A DNA stretch of 58,171 nt, counting the filler, from Circinaria calcarea (lineage: Eukaryota), in assembly GCA_051942165.1 (NCBI GenBank). It is 4 parts of 4 records of this genome, joined end to end, with 100 filler letters (N's around TTAATTAATTAA, not from the genome) between each part and the next. Parts side by side here need not be neighbours in the genome. Positions count along the whole stretch, not along the records: positions 1 to 14,478 come from JAVECS010000426.1; positions 14,579 to 29,054 come from JAVECS010000427.1; 2 more parts are not named here. The stretch is one strand, 5' to 3'. Positions 11,271-22,500 of this stretch are shown here, one piece after another. The translations under genes and the position numbers were made by a program. The notes below the pieces were generated by a model. The model worked only from the letters and a program-made list of their open reading frames with translations. It did not search any database and had not been told where the DNA came from. Each line of letters begins with the position of its first letter. Position 1 is the first letter of the stretch.

Positions 11271-11940
11271 TCACACACCCGTCGACAACAGAGGAAAGCG
11301 AAGCGACCTTGCGAGCCATGCTGGATCCCGAATCTTTATACCAACCATGAGGCACGTGCACGGCGAGAAGAGCAGCAGGCTAGAAAGAGCTATCACACGA
11401 GGACGGAACCAGAGTGTCTTCGACGGTATCCGGGTCGCATGAGAATCGTTTACAACCAATGAAAAATCAATGGATGATAGATTCGGGGGACCGGGACCAG
11501 ACATCTGCCATAATCAGATACACTGTTCAAGAGGATCACCCGGATCACTTACGTCAACCCGGACAATGCCGGGAGAGAACTCGACTGGTATGGTGTTTGA
11601 CTTTCCACCACTCATGCCCAGGATGTACTTCTCATACGACTCAGGGTTTAGAGTTGCGAGTTGGGCCCGCTTGAAGATTCCTTCGACACAGTTTTTGTTT
11701 ATATTAATAGGATCTCTGGGACCGCCTATATCAACCCGGGCAACCTTCGGAGAGAATTTGACTTGTATCGTGTTTGACCACCCGTCATTTCTACACGGCG
11801 TGCACTTCCCCTAAAACTCATTAGGGTTCCAAGCTGCGAGTTGTGCCCGCTTCGAGGTTTCTTCGACGTCGTTTATAACATTCGATATGGCAAATCTATG
11901 GTCTTCTCAATCTTGAAGTATCCAAAGTCCCAAAGGATTA
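11271..11940 (-). pseudogene. Dynamin/Mx-like GTPase relic (G-domain fragment)
   Basis: Minus-strand translation: NPLGLWILQD*EDHRF...VEETSKRAQLAAWNP...VKFSPKVARVDIGGP, then IFKRAQLATLNPESYEKYI...VEFSPGIVRVD ^intron 11552-11505 (GTAAGT..CTGAT..CAG)^ MSGPGPPNLSSIDFSLVVN. This resembles the fungal dynamin-like pattern AQLAxLNP...KFSPNVVRLDISGPxLPNLSFxDLPG. Confidence 0.7.
11535..11890. repeat. Diverged tandem duplication, period ~177-180 bp
   Basis: CAACCCGG at 11555/11732, GTGTTTGAC at 11593/11770, GCGAGTTG.GCCCGCTT at 11656/11836. Confidence 0.85.
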
Positions 11941-12967
11941 TCATCCGATGCACTGCCCTGTACGATACCATATATATATTCACAATATCATATATACCTT
12001 CGCCAATGGACTCGAGTAGCTTGGGGATTTTCGAGAACCCTATACAGTAACGAAACCTGTCCGCCAAAACTGCAGTTAAGTAGGGGAAAGTATACCAAAG
12101 AGGTATAAAATCAGGTACCTCACCATCTGTTAAAGCTCATATAGAAAGCGGGCCTATTCTTTTCTGACGGGATGACAAGAACTTGTAGCCAGAACATCGC
12201 TCAAAGACTAAATACCATATTGATTAACTAAGAAGGGCAAGAGCTGCTGATATATAATATAGGTATCCTATCAATTAAAAATGCAACAGATGATTACGCC
12301 GTTCACTTCTCCCCCATAGCCGCTGGCAATTCCTCATTCAACATACCCCTATCCACAACAACATGTACTAAGCCAAGAAGCCTAGGATACCACTCTTTCA
12401 ACCGCCAGTTTCGATACCAATTCTCACGTTCAATATGTGGCCAATTCCTGCTCACATTTCCCAGCCAAATCTCCAATAGAACCTTGTCGTCCGGGAAGTA
12501 CTCCTAAAAACCCCGTATTATCCACGGACCCACGATTAAAAGGGGGAAGAGGGGGGTTCGTGATTGGAGGGTTTGAGATCGGGGGGGTCTCCGAGATGTT
12601 CTCACTGTTGCCAGAGACGAGATGGACGAACCTTCCGCAAAGGGGCCGGTCAAAGAATCGAGGGCAATGATTATTTACTAGGGGAGACGATCCAGCTGAG
12701 AGAACTAGCCTGACATGAAAGACCGACCGTCTTACAGAAGACGGCCAAGAAGCCATAACGAGAGATCGGGGATGCCATTAGCAAAAGGCGAAGGAAATGG
12801 AACTACCGGGATATTCACACGCATCGCCCGAATTCACAAACTACTGCCCCTCCATAATCCAACCCAACTCCTCCCGCGGCCTCCCCCCAACAATCACACA
12901 ACTAGATAAACAAGATGACCGATCACGTAATATAAACCCAAAAACTAAACTGCAATCTATTCCACTT

Positions 12968-13357
12968 TCTATGCTACGCGCTACACGCTTTACGTTGCCA
13001 CAACAGCTCTATACTCCACCTATACCGCATATGCCATACTGCTATAGCAGCTTCATTCATTCTACCATGGCGGACGCAATTTGATATACCGTTCTACCTG
13101 CAATTGCTACACTCTACGATATGCGAGTACTGCCACATCCACTATACAACTAGACATGCTCTTCACTCTTACCATGGAGCGCGCTTTCCAATGACATGCT
13201 TTACGTTATGCTCCATGCCACGCCCTACGCCATGGATTAACCAGTAGCCTATGCCATACTCCACACTACACAGTATACTCTGGTCCATCCAATACAACAT
13301 GCCATACACTATGCCCCACTCTAAGTATATGCCTATACCACGCCCCATGCTACACCT
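12968..13357. repeat. Cryptic degenerate pentamer-like repeat (ATGCT/ACGCT/ACACT/ATGCC)
   Basis: Recurrent ctatgc, ctacgc, ctacac, ccatgc and ccatac words in a G-poor stretch. Confidence 0.5.
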
Positions 13358-13682
13358 AATATTAAGTTTTCAGGGACTTGCACGCTCGCGCGCGTTTTAC
13401 CAATAGCATAGCTGCAGCAAATTCTAAAGCTTGGTGACACTAATAAATACACTACGCTGAATATGGTAGATTTTTTCCTATTCGAGCGAAAAACTAGGTC
13501 TGTTTGAACGATAAGCTAAACCTAGTAGGGTAATTTTTACGGCCAGAGTGAGAACACCGCAAAGTTTTGGTTCGGTTCGGGAAATCTTGCGCCGAAGTTA
13601 AACCCTTCTATTTTGTTTCACTTTGTTTCAGGGCAATCTACTCCGTCCCCATCATTTAATAATTATCTTATATAGACTCATA

Positions 13683-14478
13683 ATGAGCCAAATCCCTCCG
13701 AAAGACGCTTTTATGCAGGATGTGCACCGCTTGCGGATCGTTTATAAAAAGTAGCGCGAGTCGACAAACCTTGTCCCCCGGGGCCGTCCCGTAATCGACC
13801 AGCTTATAAACATCGTTGATGGCATCGTCTACCACACGTACTGGTTTAAATGCGATAGCCATACCCCAGAAGGCAAGAAATATAACCAGGCAATCCGTCT
13901 CGCCGATATTCCTGTCACGCTCTCAGGCGCCATCCTCCGTCTGAAGCGCAATTTGCCGACGCTGGATACCAATAGTGACTACGAAATCATTGGTGACGAG
14001 ATCCGTCGGCTCGCCCAACCCCTGCCATTACCGGACATCGAGGATGACGTCGAAGATGTCAGCGAAATGCTTGCCCCTCTCCCGAGGTGGCAGTCAATCC
14101 CAAGAAGCATTTTGTCAAGAAGCCGAAATACACGAGCGAGATCCAGAATCTTCTCGCGTGCCAGGGAGGATCGTGTCCAGGAGTGCCCAAATCTACTCAT
14201 ATCATCCAGCTGCTCGGGAAATCGCTAAAGAACGAACTGGTGTTCGAGAAATTTAATCCCCGCTACGTGCTCGCCACCGTGCATCCCCTGTCGGCGTATA
14301 AGGCTTGGATTCTGCAGGTCATTGATGGGTTGCGCTGCCTTCACTCCCTCGGTATTGTTCATCGCGATCTCCGCATCGATAACCTCGTCTTCTCTTCAGA
14401 CAATTCTCGCCTGCTCATCTGTGATCTCGAGAGTCGGTGGGGGAACCGACTGGCTCCTGAGGTCTCCCGCCACCCCGT
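13683..14478 (+). pseudogene. Protein kinase-like gene with premature stop and frameshift; 3' end cut by contig edge
   Basis: ATG at 13683, in-frame TAG at 13752, frame continues into ORF 13953. A frameshift near 14085 leads into HFVKKPKY..EIQNLL..HIIQLLGKS..LHSLGIVHRDLRIDN..ICDLE. Confidence 0.8.
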
Positions 14479-14578
14479 NNNNNNNNNNNNNNNNNNNNNN
14501 NNNNNNNNNNNNNNNNNNNNNNTTAATTAATTAANNNNNNNNNNNNNNNNNNNNNNNNNNNNNNNNNNNNNNNNNNNN
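14479..14578. other. Artificial contig-joining spacer
   Basis: 44 N + TTAATTAATTAA (stops in all six frames) + 44 N = 100 bp. Confidence 0.98.
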
Positions 14579-15749
14579 CGACGAGTGCACCGCCCATGGC
14601 AGCGAATGGGATCAGGATCAGGACCGTAGGTAACAACTGAACACCAGAGCGTCCTGGACTCGAGCCGAGCACGCCTTGAAAGTAAACGGGAAGGAAGTAG
14701 AGGACCCATATAGTGACAATGCTGTGGAGAAAGGTAAGGATGAAGGCTGTTAAGGATGTTCGATTCAAGAAGAGATGGATAGGCATGGTTGGCTCAACAC
14801 AAAATCTAGATCCTTCGTAGAAGAGAAAGCCAACAAGTCCAAGAAGACCTAGGATCAGCGGTAGGATGATCCGGAACGACGACCATGGATATACTGTGTT
14901 CGCCCACGATAAAGCAATCAAGATCGAAACGACGGATGCTACAAAGATGGCGTTCCCGACCCAGTCGATCCGCTTCAACGAGGTCGTCCATTTTGTCTGC
15001 TGCTTGTAGTTGACCTGCAGGAACAAGATCAAGAGGACCAGGGCGGCGCCTCCAACCGGCAAATTGATGTAGAAAACCCAGCGCCAAGAAATGTCTTGAA
15101 CGATCAAGCCACCAAATACCGGTCCCAGTGCAGTCCCAAGGGCGATCAAGCCAAAGATCAAAGCCAGGTAGTTCCCTCGCTCTCTCAGGGGCACCAGATC
15201 ACACACGACAATTTCGACCAGGACGTTAACGCCACCAGCACCGATGCCCTGGATCGCTCGACCAGCAATCAACATGTTAATGTTACTGGCCCCGCCGCAG
15301 ATGCCGCTGCCGAGAGTAAAAATGGCCGTGGCGACAATGATCGGATAGCGTCGTCCGAAAACATTGGCCAACTGTCCATAAAGAGGCTGAAAGGCAGTCC
15401 TGTTGGGATTCGCTTATTAATTTGACCGCTCGAAAAGGAAGGGGGATTGGATGTCTGACGTGGTCAGGAAGTAAACGTTGATCACCCAGATATAGAGGTC
15501 GGCGCCACCGAGAGCGGCGATGATAGTCGGCAATGCAGTCGATGTGATGGTCGCCTCAAGAGCTGTCAGAAGGCCTGTAACGGCAAGGGCGAAGATGATG
15601 GCCCAGAAGCGTAGTCCTTTCTTCTTTGGGGGCTCTACTACTTTGGTGTTGTTGTTGCCATCGGGAGATTCCTCGCTCTTATCTGCAATCGCTCGCGTAT
15701 CTGTCTGGTCAGAGTACACAGGGCCTTGGTTATGGTCCACCGGGTCCAT
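14579..15749 (-). CDS. MFS efflux transporter (DHA2/14-TM type), 3' truncated
   Basis: FWAIIFALAVTGLLTALEATITSTALPTI, intron, then FGRR, GRAIQGIGAGG, DLVPLRERG, GPVFGG and WRWVFYINLP. Confidence 0.93.
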
Positions 15750-16426
15750 GGTTGAGTATGAACGGGGCTGCTGAGCTTAGCCAGTTTCCGGCAGATAGAT
15801 GCGATCTTACCATACGTTTGGGGGGGGAGTATGAATCTCACAATGACGAGGCTGCGGGCGAACGTGTGGCAGGAACGGGGGACTTTCAAATGCTCGTACC
15901 GCAGAGTAGTTCAAGTAGAGATAGTAAAAAAGCAGGCTTACAGCCGCGTGGAATGAAAGGGCAGGTGGGCTTTATACAACAGCATCCGCAAGGCAAGCAA
16001 GTTGCGCAGACCGATGCATACCCGGCACTCCTTATACCCGAATTCTGGCATTATCTGCGGCCAAGTAGGAGGTAATCTGAACGCAGGACCGAATCACACC
16101 TTTCCACCGCAGTTGTGCAAATCAACATTGGGGGTATCCGGCAGACCCTGGAGCGTGATGGAAATCCCCGTCGGCTGCTTTCCGATCCGACCAGTTTTAT
16201 ACCGTCTCAATGTCGTGAATTATCCACCACCGAGGAAAGAGACAACCCGAGGCAGAGGGGCCACCTTTACCGTACCGACGAGCCTCTGCCTGGCACATCG
16301 TTTGGAGATGACGTTTGAGCCCGGTGATAATAATCACCTTCGATCAGCGTTTAGAACCTGTTTTATAATCCCGTTGGGGACTTCTCGCATTGCTTTCGCC
16401 TACTGTTCTATGTTTATTTACGTGGC

Positions 16427-17080
16427 CTAGGTCTGATCTAGCATTGTTCTCAGTTTCCGGATTTCCTCTCTGAACGCCTTGATGCCGCCACCGTGCGTGC
16501 CCTGTCCATTCAGTTCCTCCTCCCTCATCACCAAATCCATCAACTTTGGCGTCACTACCTCGTTCACAAAGGCTTCCTCGTCCCTCTGACCACCGCTGAT
16601 GCTGTAACCTTTCGGGTAGCCCATGGAGCTGCCAATGCGGTCAAGCATGCAAATGACAACCTGGATAAGAACCAGAATTTGAAGATTGCCGTCTTGCTGG
16701 AGTGAGATTCCGCTGATTTGAAGATCAGACAGTGTTGCGAAGACGGCTTGGCGGTCGAGGGTGAGCAAACAGCGGCGGATGGTGGAGAAGACACTGCGGC
16801 ACAAGCGCACTAGGTTGATGTAGCAGGTGATAACGAGGAGGCTTGTCGGAAGGTCGAGCGGATGCATCCGAGCCCGCCTGTCCTTACTCGGAGAGGAGGG
16901 GCTGACGGCACTTGGTACAAGTGAGTCGCCTGAGGATGAGGTAGTATATGAACGGCTTCTGAGAGGACAATCGGCACATAGAATCAGCGAGCCTACCGGT
17001 TCCTTCGCCTGTACAATCGCTTTCTGGGAAGCCGGAAGTGGCCGTGAGGTTAGCATCCTCGCCATGAAGCGTCTCGACAT
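16427..17080 (-). pseudogene. C-terminal region of a cluster-type Zn2Cys6 transcription factor; no DNA-binding domain visible
   Basis: LDLPTSLLVITCYINLVRL and LSDLQISGISLQQDGNLQILVLIQVVICMLDRIGSSMG resemble the tails of secondary-metabolite pathway regulators. No CxxC binuclear motif between here and the next gene. Confidence 0.55.
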
Positions 17081-17433
17081 GGGATCCTCTTGGGAGTGTC
17101 AATGGGTCTGATCTTCCCATCAATTGGAGCCCACGTAACGTTTATCATCTCTCATTATGCTGCTCTGCCGAGTGGACCCATCGGAGTCCGAACGAGACAA
17201 CGATTGTCTTCGGAGCGCAATGCATAAAGTCCTCCGAAATGATTGATCAGAAAATCCAAATCATGGGCTTGGGGTTTAGTGGCCGATGTTCGATTTTCCA
17301 TGTGGAACATTCGGGGACTTCTGCTCCAAAATGCATTGAACATATTCGATCCAGCATCGCTATTTTCACTGTCCGCACAAGTTTTTCATCGAATCGCTGT
17401 TGCTTAGTGGTAGCTGATAAGTCCACGGAGTTG

Positions 17434-18734
17434 ATGATGCCCCAAACATTGTCCCTTGTTGTCATCCCACTCATCCTACTTCGTGTTGTCTCAGCACAAC
17501 AAGTATGGCAACAACCCCCCTTACGGAGTCATTCGCGGGGAACTGGGGATATACGTGGGACGAGTCTTGCACCACAAGTCGCATTACTGCCTTCGAGCAA
17601 GCTGACGGTCCAGTCAACTTCTCCACGTCCACGTCCGCGTCTGACTATCTGGAGCACCCTAAAATTTCTGCAGTTAATGCCACAGCATGGGAACAATGGG
17701 AGTTTGATAGTGTATCTGACTCCGTTCTTGGGGGTATCATGGTGGGCTTCTCAAGAGACGCGTCCTATGCTTTCTTCGGTCAGGGCAATCTCCGTATCGA
17801 ATTCTACGTCGTCCTGAGTGACGGTTCGGTGATCCAAGAGCTAGAATACGTCAGCGAATCCACCATTGTGGATTGTGGAAACTTTGTAACGGGCACATGG
17901 AATAGCACCAGACGTACCTACTCATTCCAAGTATCCAAGGATATGAAGCATGCCAGGTTATACTTTGATTCTCCACGTGTGCAAGGGAGCTTCACCTTAA
18001 CACCCGTCGCATCGCCACACTTCCCAAATGGCGATCTTTTCCCCTCGGATAAGGTATCAGCGACGGAATTAGCACCCTGGCTGTACATGAATCAGCCTAT
18101 CCCTGGTGGCCGCGTGGATGCCGATATCACCTTCTCGAAAAAGCGCGTTCGATTCTCAGGGATGGGAGGACATGTCAGACTATGGGCTAAGGACAGTTGG
18201 TTCAACATCTGTGACGGATGGCATTTTATGCGCGCCATGGCGGGGCCATACACCCTCTCCTACTGGTAGCCCATATCGCGCAAAAATGAAGGCGTCTCAT
18301 GCTACTCTGCTCAGCTTTTCAAGGATGGAAAGAGATTGCTCACAACACAGCTCGGGAATGTGTTTGAAACAGACGACTATGTCCTCTTCACCGATGAACT
18401 CGACGGCGAACTTCGAAGCTCGCTGGCAGATCACTCGACAGGCCATGTTCTCGAGTTTGTGGCCCCTGGAAGAGGGAAGAGATGGCATTTCCTCGTTCAA
18501 CACATGAAGAAGCAGTTTGAAATGGGGCTCGGCGGTGACTCTGGGTTAACCGGGTTCACGAACCGCGTTATAGGCGGCATGGTAGGCGGAACGCAGTATG
18601 AGGGACGCGCGTTGTCTGAGCAAGTTGTTTTGCCAAAAACAATCGCACAATGGCGGATCTGGATTGTCCTTGGGATCGGCTTTTTGAATCGGGGAAAAGG
18701 TTTTGTGATGAACCTCGTGGGATACATTTTTTGA
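17434..18734 (+). pseudogene. Fsa2/CghA/PoxQ-type (lipocalin-like) Diels-Alderase homolog, apparently disabled
   Basis: KISAVNATAWEQWEFDSVS, MVGFSRDASYAFFGQGNLRIEF, GMGGHVRLW and AGPYTLSYW motifs. In-frame TAG at 18267 (ORFs 17505 and 18336 share a frame). The hydrophobic leader from ATG 17434 is out of frame by one C in the C6 run at 17515-17520. Confidence 0.8.
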
Positions 18735-19157
18735 ACTTTGACGCGAAAGACAGTACGTGAAAAGTATTGGATTAAATCCTTAATGCTATAAGTGTTTGTG
18801 TGTGCGTGCTCAATCAAGATACCGTACGGAATATCACTGGAAATAGATTCGAGTTTCAATAGCGCTGCTTTTAGCGGTCCCGTGCCTATCCCCTTTTTGT
18901 CTTGTAAAATAAAAAGGCCTTAATCGGCAACTACTAAAATATCAACTTGTTTATATAGAGTCGGTAAGAATAGTAGAGTTGAACGAGAATGTGAAAATAT
19001 AAGGGACTATAAAGGGAACGGTATTTTGGGGGGGGGAGGGAGAATCCCATATCCAAACGGAATTCTGAAATGAAAAGGAAATTATAATAGGAAGAACGGG
19101 AGATGAGGGGCTATGGGCGGTGGTGAATTTTTCAAGCCTGACTTATCCAAGATTTCG

Positions 19158-19283
19158 TACTATCCACTCTAATTAGCTCAGGGGCGAAGCGGGCACTAAT
19201 TACTAAGCTTATAGGCTAATAGGGTAGGGGTCCAGCCTAGGCTTAGGCTCTGCCTTTAAAAAAGAAATATTATATAAAAAAAA
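19158..19283 (+). mobile_element. Probable 3' terminal remnant of a Tad1-like LINE
   Basis: GGGCGAAGCGGGCACTAAT...TAGGGTAGGGGTCCAGCCTAGGCTTAGGCTCTGCC followed by an A-rich tail. Recalled as similar to fungal LINE 3' UTRs; not verified by search. Confidence 0.5.
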
Positions 19284-19539
19284 TTACGTTTTTAATATTT
19301 GAATGAATATTATGGAATTGTTATAAGATACTGCGTGTGGAATACATATACGATATATCTATAGAAATTCTCGGGGGATCGTTGAAATATAGAACGAAAG
19401 GCGCGCCCAATTTGCGCTGTTTGGGGGTGTAGAGGCGATAAGCTGACTCAGATAACGCTGGATTTAGACTTGCCGGTTCATGAGATAATGCGTGCTTAAC
19501 GGACTTTAGTCCACTAATGATCTTGGAGAAGCGGTTATA

Positions 19540-22500
19540 TCATGCCTCCTTGCTATATTCGCCCTCATCGTTCTGCTTCTCCTTCTCCCCCTCATCTTCG
19601 TCCTCTTCCTCGCTCCTCATAAACAAAAAAATACTCGGTAAACTCTTAACATCGACATCCGGCGGCCGCGCTATCATAGGAAGGAGGCCATCCCTATCGA
19701 TAGCCTCCTTAGTCGGAGGATTACCCGGTTCCCACCAGAGCCTTAGTGCCGACAGATCCGGTTTTTGCAAAAACGTGTTTAGTGGATAGATGTTGAAAGG
19801 ACTCCAACTCCTGTCCTTTGCTGTTTTGCTCTCCCTTTTGGCTTTGCACAATAATTCAGCCAGAAGGTAAGCTCTGACTTCTTTTTCTCGGAGGCTCACT
19901 ATAAAGGGCGGGCGAGTAAGGGCGGATGGAAGTTCCAGAGACGGGGATGGTTGCTGGTCTTCGTCGTTTAAATATTCGTCTTGGGGAGGGCTCATCGGTT
20001 TGCTGCATGCTATAGTCTCCTTCTTTGTGTCTGACAGCTTCTCGGTTACTTGTGCTAGCCGAGCATCGGACGCCGCCTCCGAAGCGCTTCTCTGGCGTCG
20101 AGAAGCTTCGCCGCGCCGAGGACTTAAGCTTTCATTGTCTACCGAGCCCTCCCGCAGTTCGTCTTCGTCTTCGGAGCCTTCGGGATCTATTACTTGTCTA
20201 TTAATGACTGCCGTCAATAGGTTTACCACTTCCTCATGTTCCTCAAAGGCGGCGATATCAAGAGCCGTCATGTTGACGATTTGATTGCAAAAAGCAGAAT
20301 TGGCACCATTATCCAGAAGAAGTTTGACACTCTCAATGTCTCCCGAGGCCGCTGCAATCCAAAGAGGGGTCTCTTTCCACCCATACATTTCCTCCTCACT
20401 CTTTATCTCGTGACCAGGCCAGAGGGAAAGCTTACTTATGCCCAAGATACTGCGCAGAGCTTCAGTAATGCAACTAGTAACAGGCCGCTGGTGAAGCCAA
20501 AGTGGTACCCCGTTATTGAAGTATTCCATGAGATTGACATTTGCGCCGTTCTCCACAAGCAGCTTCGCAATTCGCGTGTGTCCTCGCCTCAGAGCCTCCA
20601 TTAGTGGAGAAAGTTCGTTGGCGTCTGCTCCATACTCAAGAAGGAGACGAACGGTAGACTCGTGGCCTCTCACCGTCGCTGCCCGCAAGACAGTGCCTAT
20701 ATGTGGATTAAATCTCTTGACATCAGCATCTGCTTCTAGGAGCAGTCGTACAATCTCGTCGTTATCAGCTTCTCGGCTCATGCAAGCCTGCATGAGTGGG
20801 GTACAGCCTCTAATATCAGTCTTATCAACAAATGCGCCTTTACTAAGTAGAGACCGAACGATGTCTTTATGCTTATGGTCGCAAGCTTTAAATAACGCTG
20901 TACGGCCTTCTTTCCCATTCCTTATGTTCACCATTGCTCCGCGACCAAGTAGAAGATTAACTATTTCCGTGTTACCACAAGATGCAGCCTCGAACAAGGC
21001 AGTTTTCCTGTCTTGTTCCTTCGCGCGCCGATCAGATACATCGAAAGGCGGATTGATGAAACGACTGTAGGGTAGTTCGTAGGCATCAATCTCGTCTAGC
21101 CCCATATCTTGCAAGTCACCCAAAGTCGTGCACAATCCTTCATATACGTCCGCACCCTCGTGTAGTAGAAGCTCCACAGCACTATAACAGCCGTTATGTG
21201 CGGCGGCTGACAGCGCAGAACCACCTTCACTTCCTCCGTAGATATTGGGGTCCGCACCATGCTTCACCAAGAATTCTATGATATCCTGTTGACCGATCCA
21301 AGCAGCTGCTTGTAGCGGGGTATGCAATCTACCCCCCCTTGTGTTGAGAAACCCCTGGTTGTAAGGAGTCGCCAAATTATGAACAGTCTTCTGACCTTCT
21401 GTCTCGATGCCATCGTCTGCTGCCCGTTGTTGACTTTTGCCTTCGTTCACGTCTTTGAGCGAGCGTACAAGCCTTTCAAGGCGCGTGAGCACGGCGTAGT
21501 AGAGTGGTGAGCCTGGAAGCTTACGAGCGTGTCTACAATTTGAAATCTTGACCTCCAAATCATGAAGGTCTATCCAGTTTTTCATCTTCTCTTTTGACGA
21601 TAAGAGATCAACTGCTGCATGGGGAACATTCCCACCACCTTTCACTAGATGTTTGGCCCAGTACTCCGCAGCATATTCTGCCAGTGGCAAGTCATCCGAA
21701 AATCCTTTCGAGTCTGTATGAAAAGTCTCGTCATACAACAAAAGGCAAGAGAGACTTGTCTGTCCAATCTTAGCATGGGAGAGCGTTTCATCAATACTGA
21801 AGAAAGCTGCGGAACCTGCTCGTATGCGATTGGAGACCAAATATTCTTTGACCGAGAAGTGCGCCAATCGCACCATTCGCTTCGTCCTCAATGGGGGCTT
21901 GACGTCATCGTTATCGTCTTTATCGTTTGCCTCAGCATGGTCTTTGTTCGCATTGATGCAGGTAACAAGGCTAGAACAGATCTCCAAAACGTCATCCGGA
22001 TCTGGGGGTCGCTTGTCAAAGTCGAAAACCTCATCTTTGTTAACATCAACAGTGATGAGTTCAGCGACTTCTTCTAGAGAAAGAGGCCTTAAGGAGCAGG
22101 TTAACCATTGCAAGATCTGAAGAGCTTCGAGTTGGTAGAGCGGGTTAATCTTGCATAATATCCGATCGTAGGTTTCATCAAGCGTGGTTGGGAGGGAATC
22201 CAACGCTTCACGGAGCTTGCTTATATTGATGCAACTGCTCAATGCGTCAATCTGACAAGCAGCCCAACGAAACCTAGGCCGGAAGTAAGTGGTTATCATT
22301 CATTTATCCGAGGGCAATGCTTACATTCCTTCGGACTTCTTCATAAGCCTGTTCTCTATCTCTTCTTGCACTCTTGGTTGCTTTTGCCAACGTTTGAACC
22401 TTCTGTCATGTAGAAGCCTTCCGTGTATGTAGAGGCGAATATCATCGTCGACTTTTTGGTTCTGAATAGAGACTATACTTTGTTCCGAAAGATAGTCATG

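Noticed and set aside
14523..14534. TTAATTAATTAA as a biological repeat or piggyBac TTAA target (also at 29099 and 43662)
   Set aside because: Always centred in exactly 44+44 N; it is an assembly spacer.
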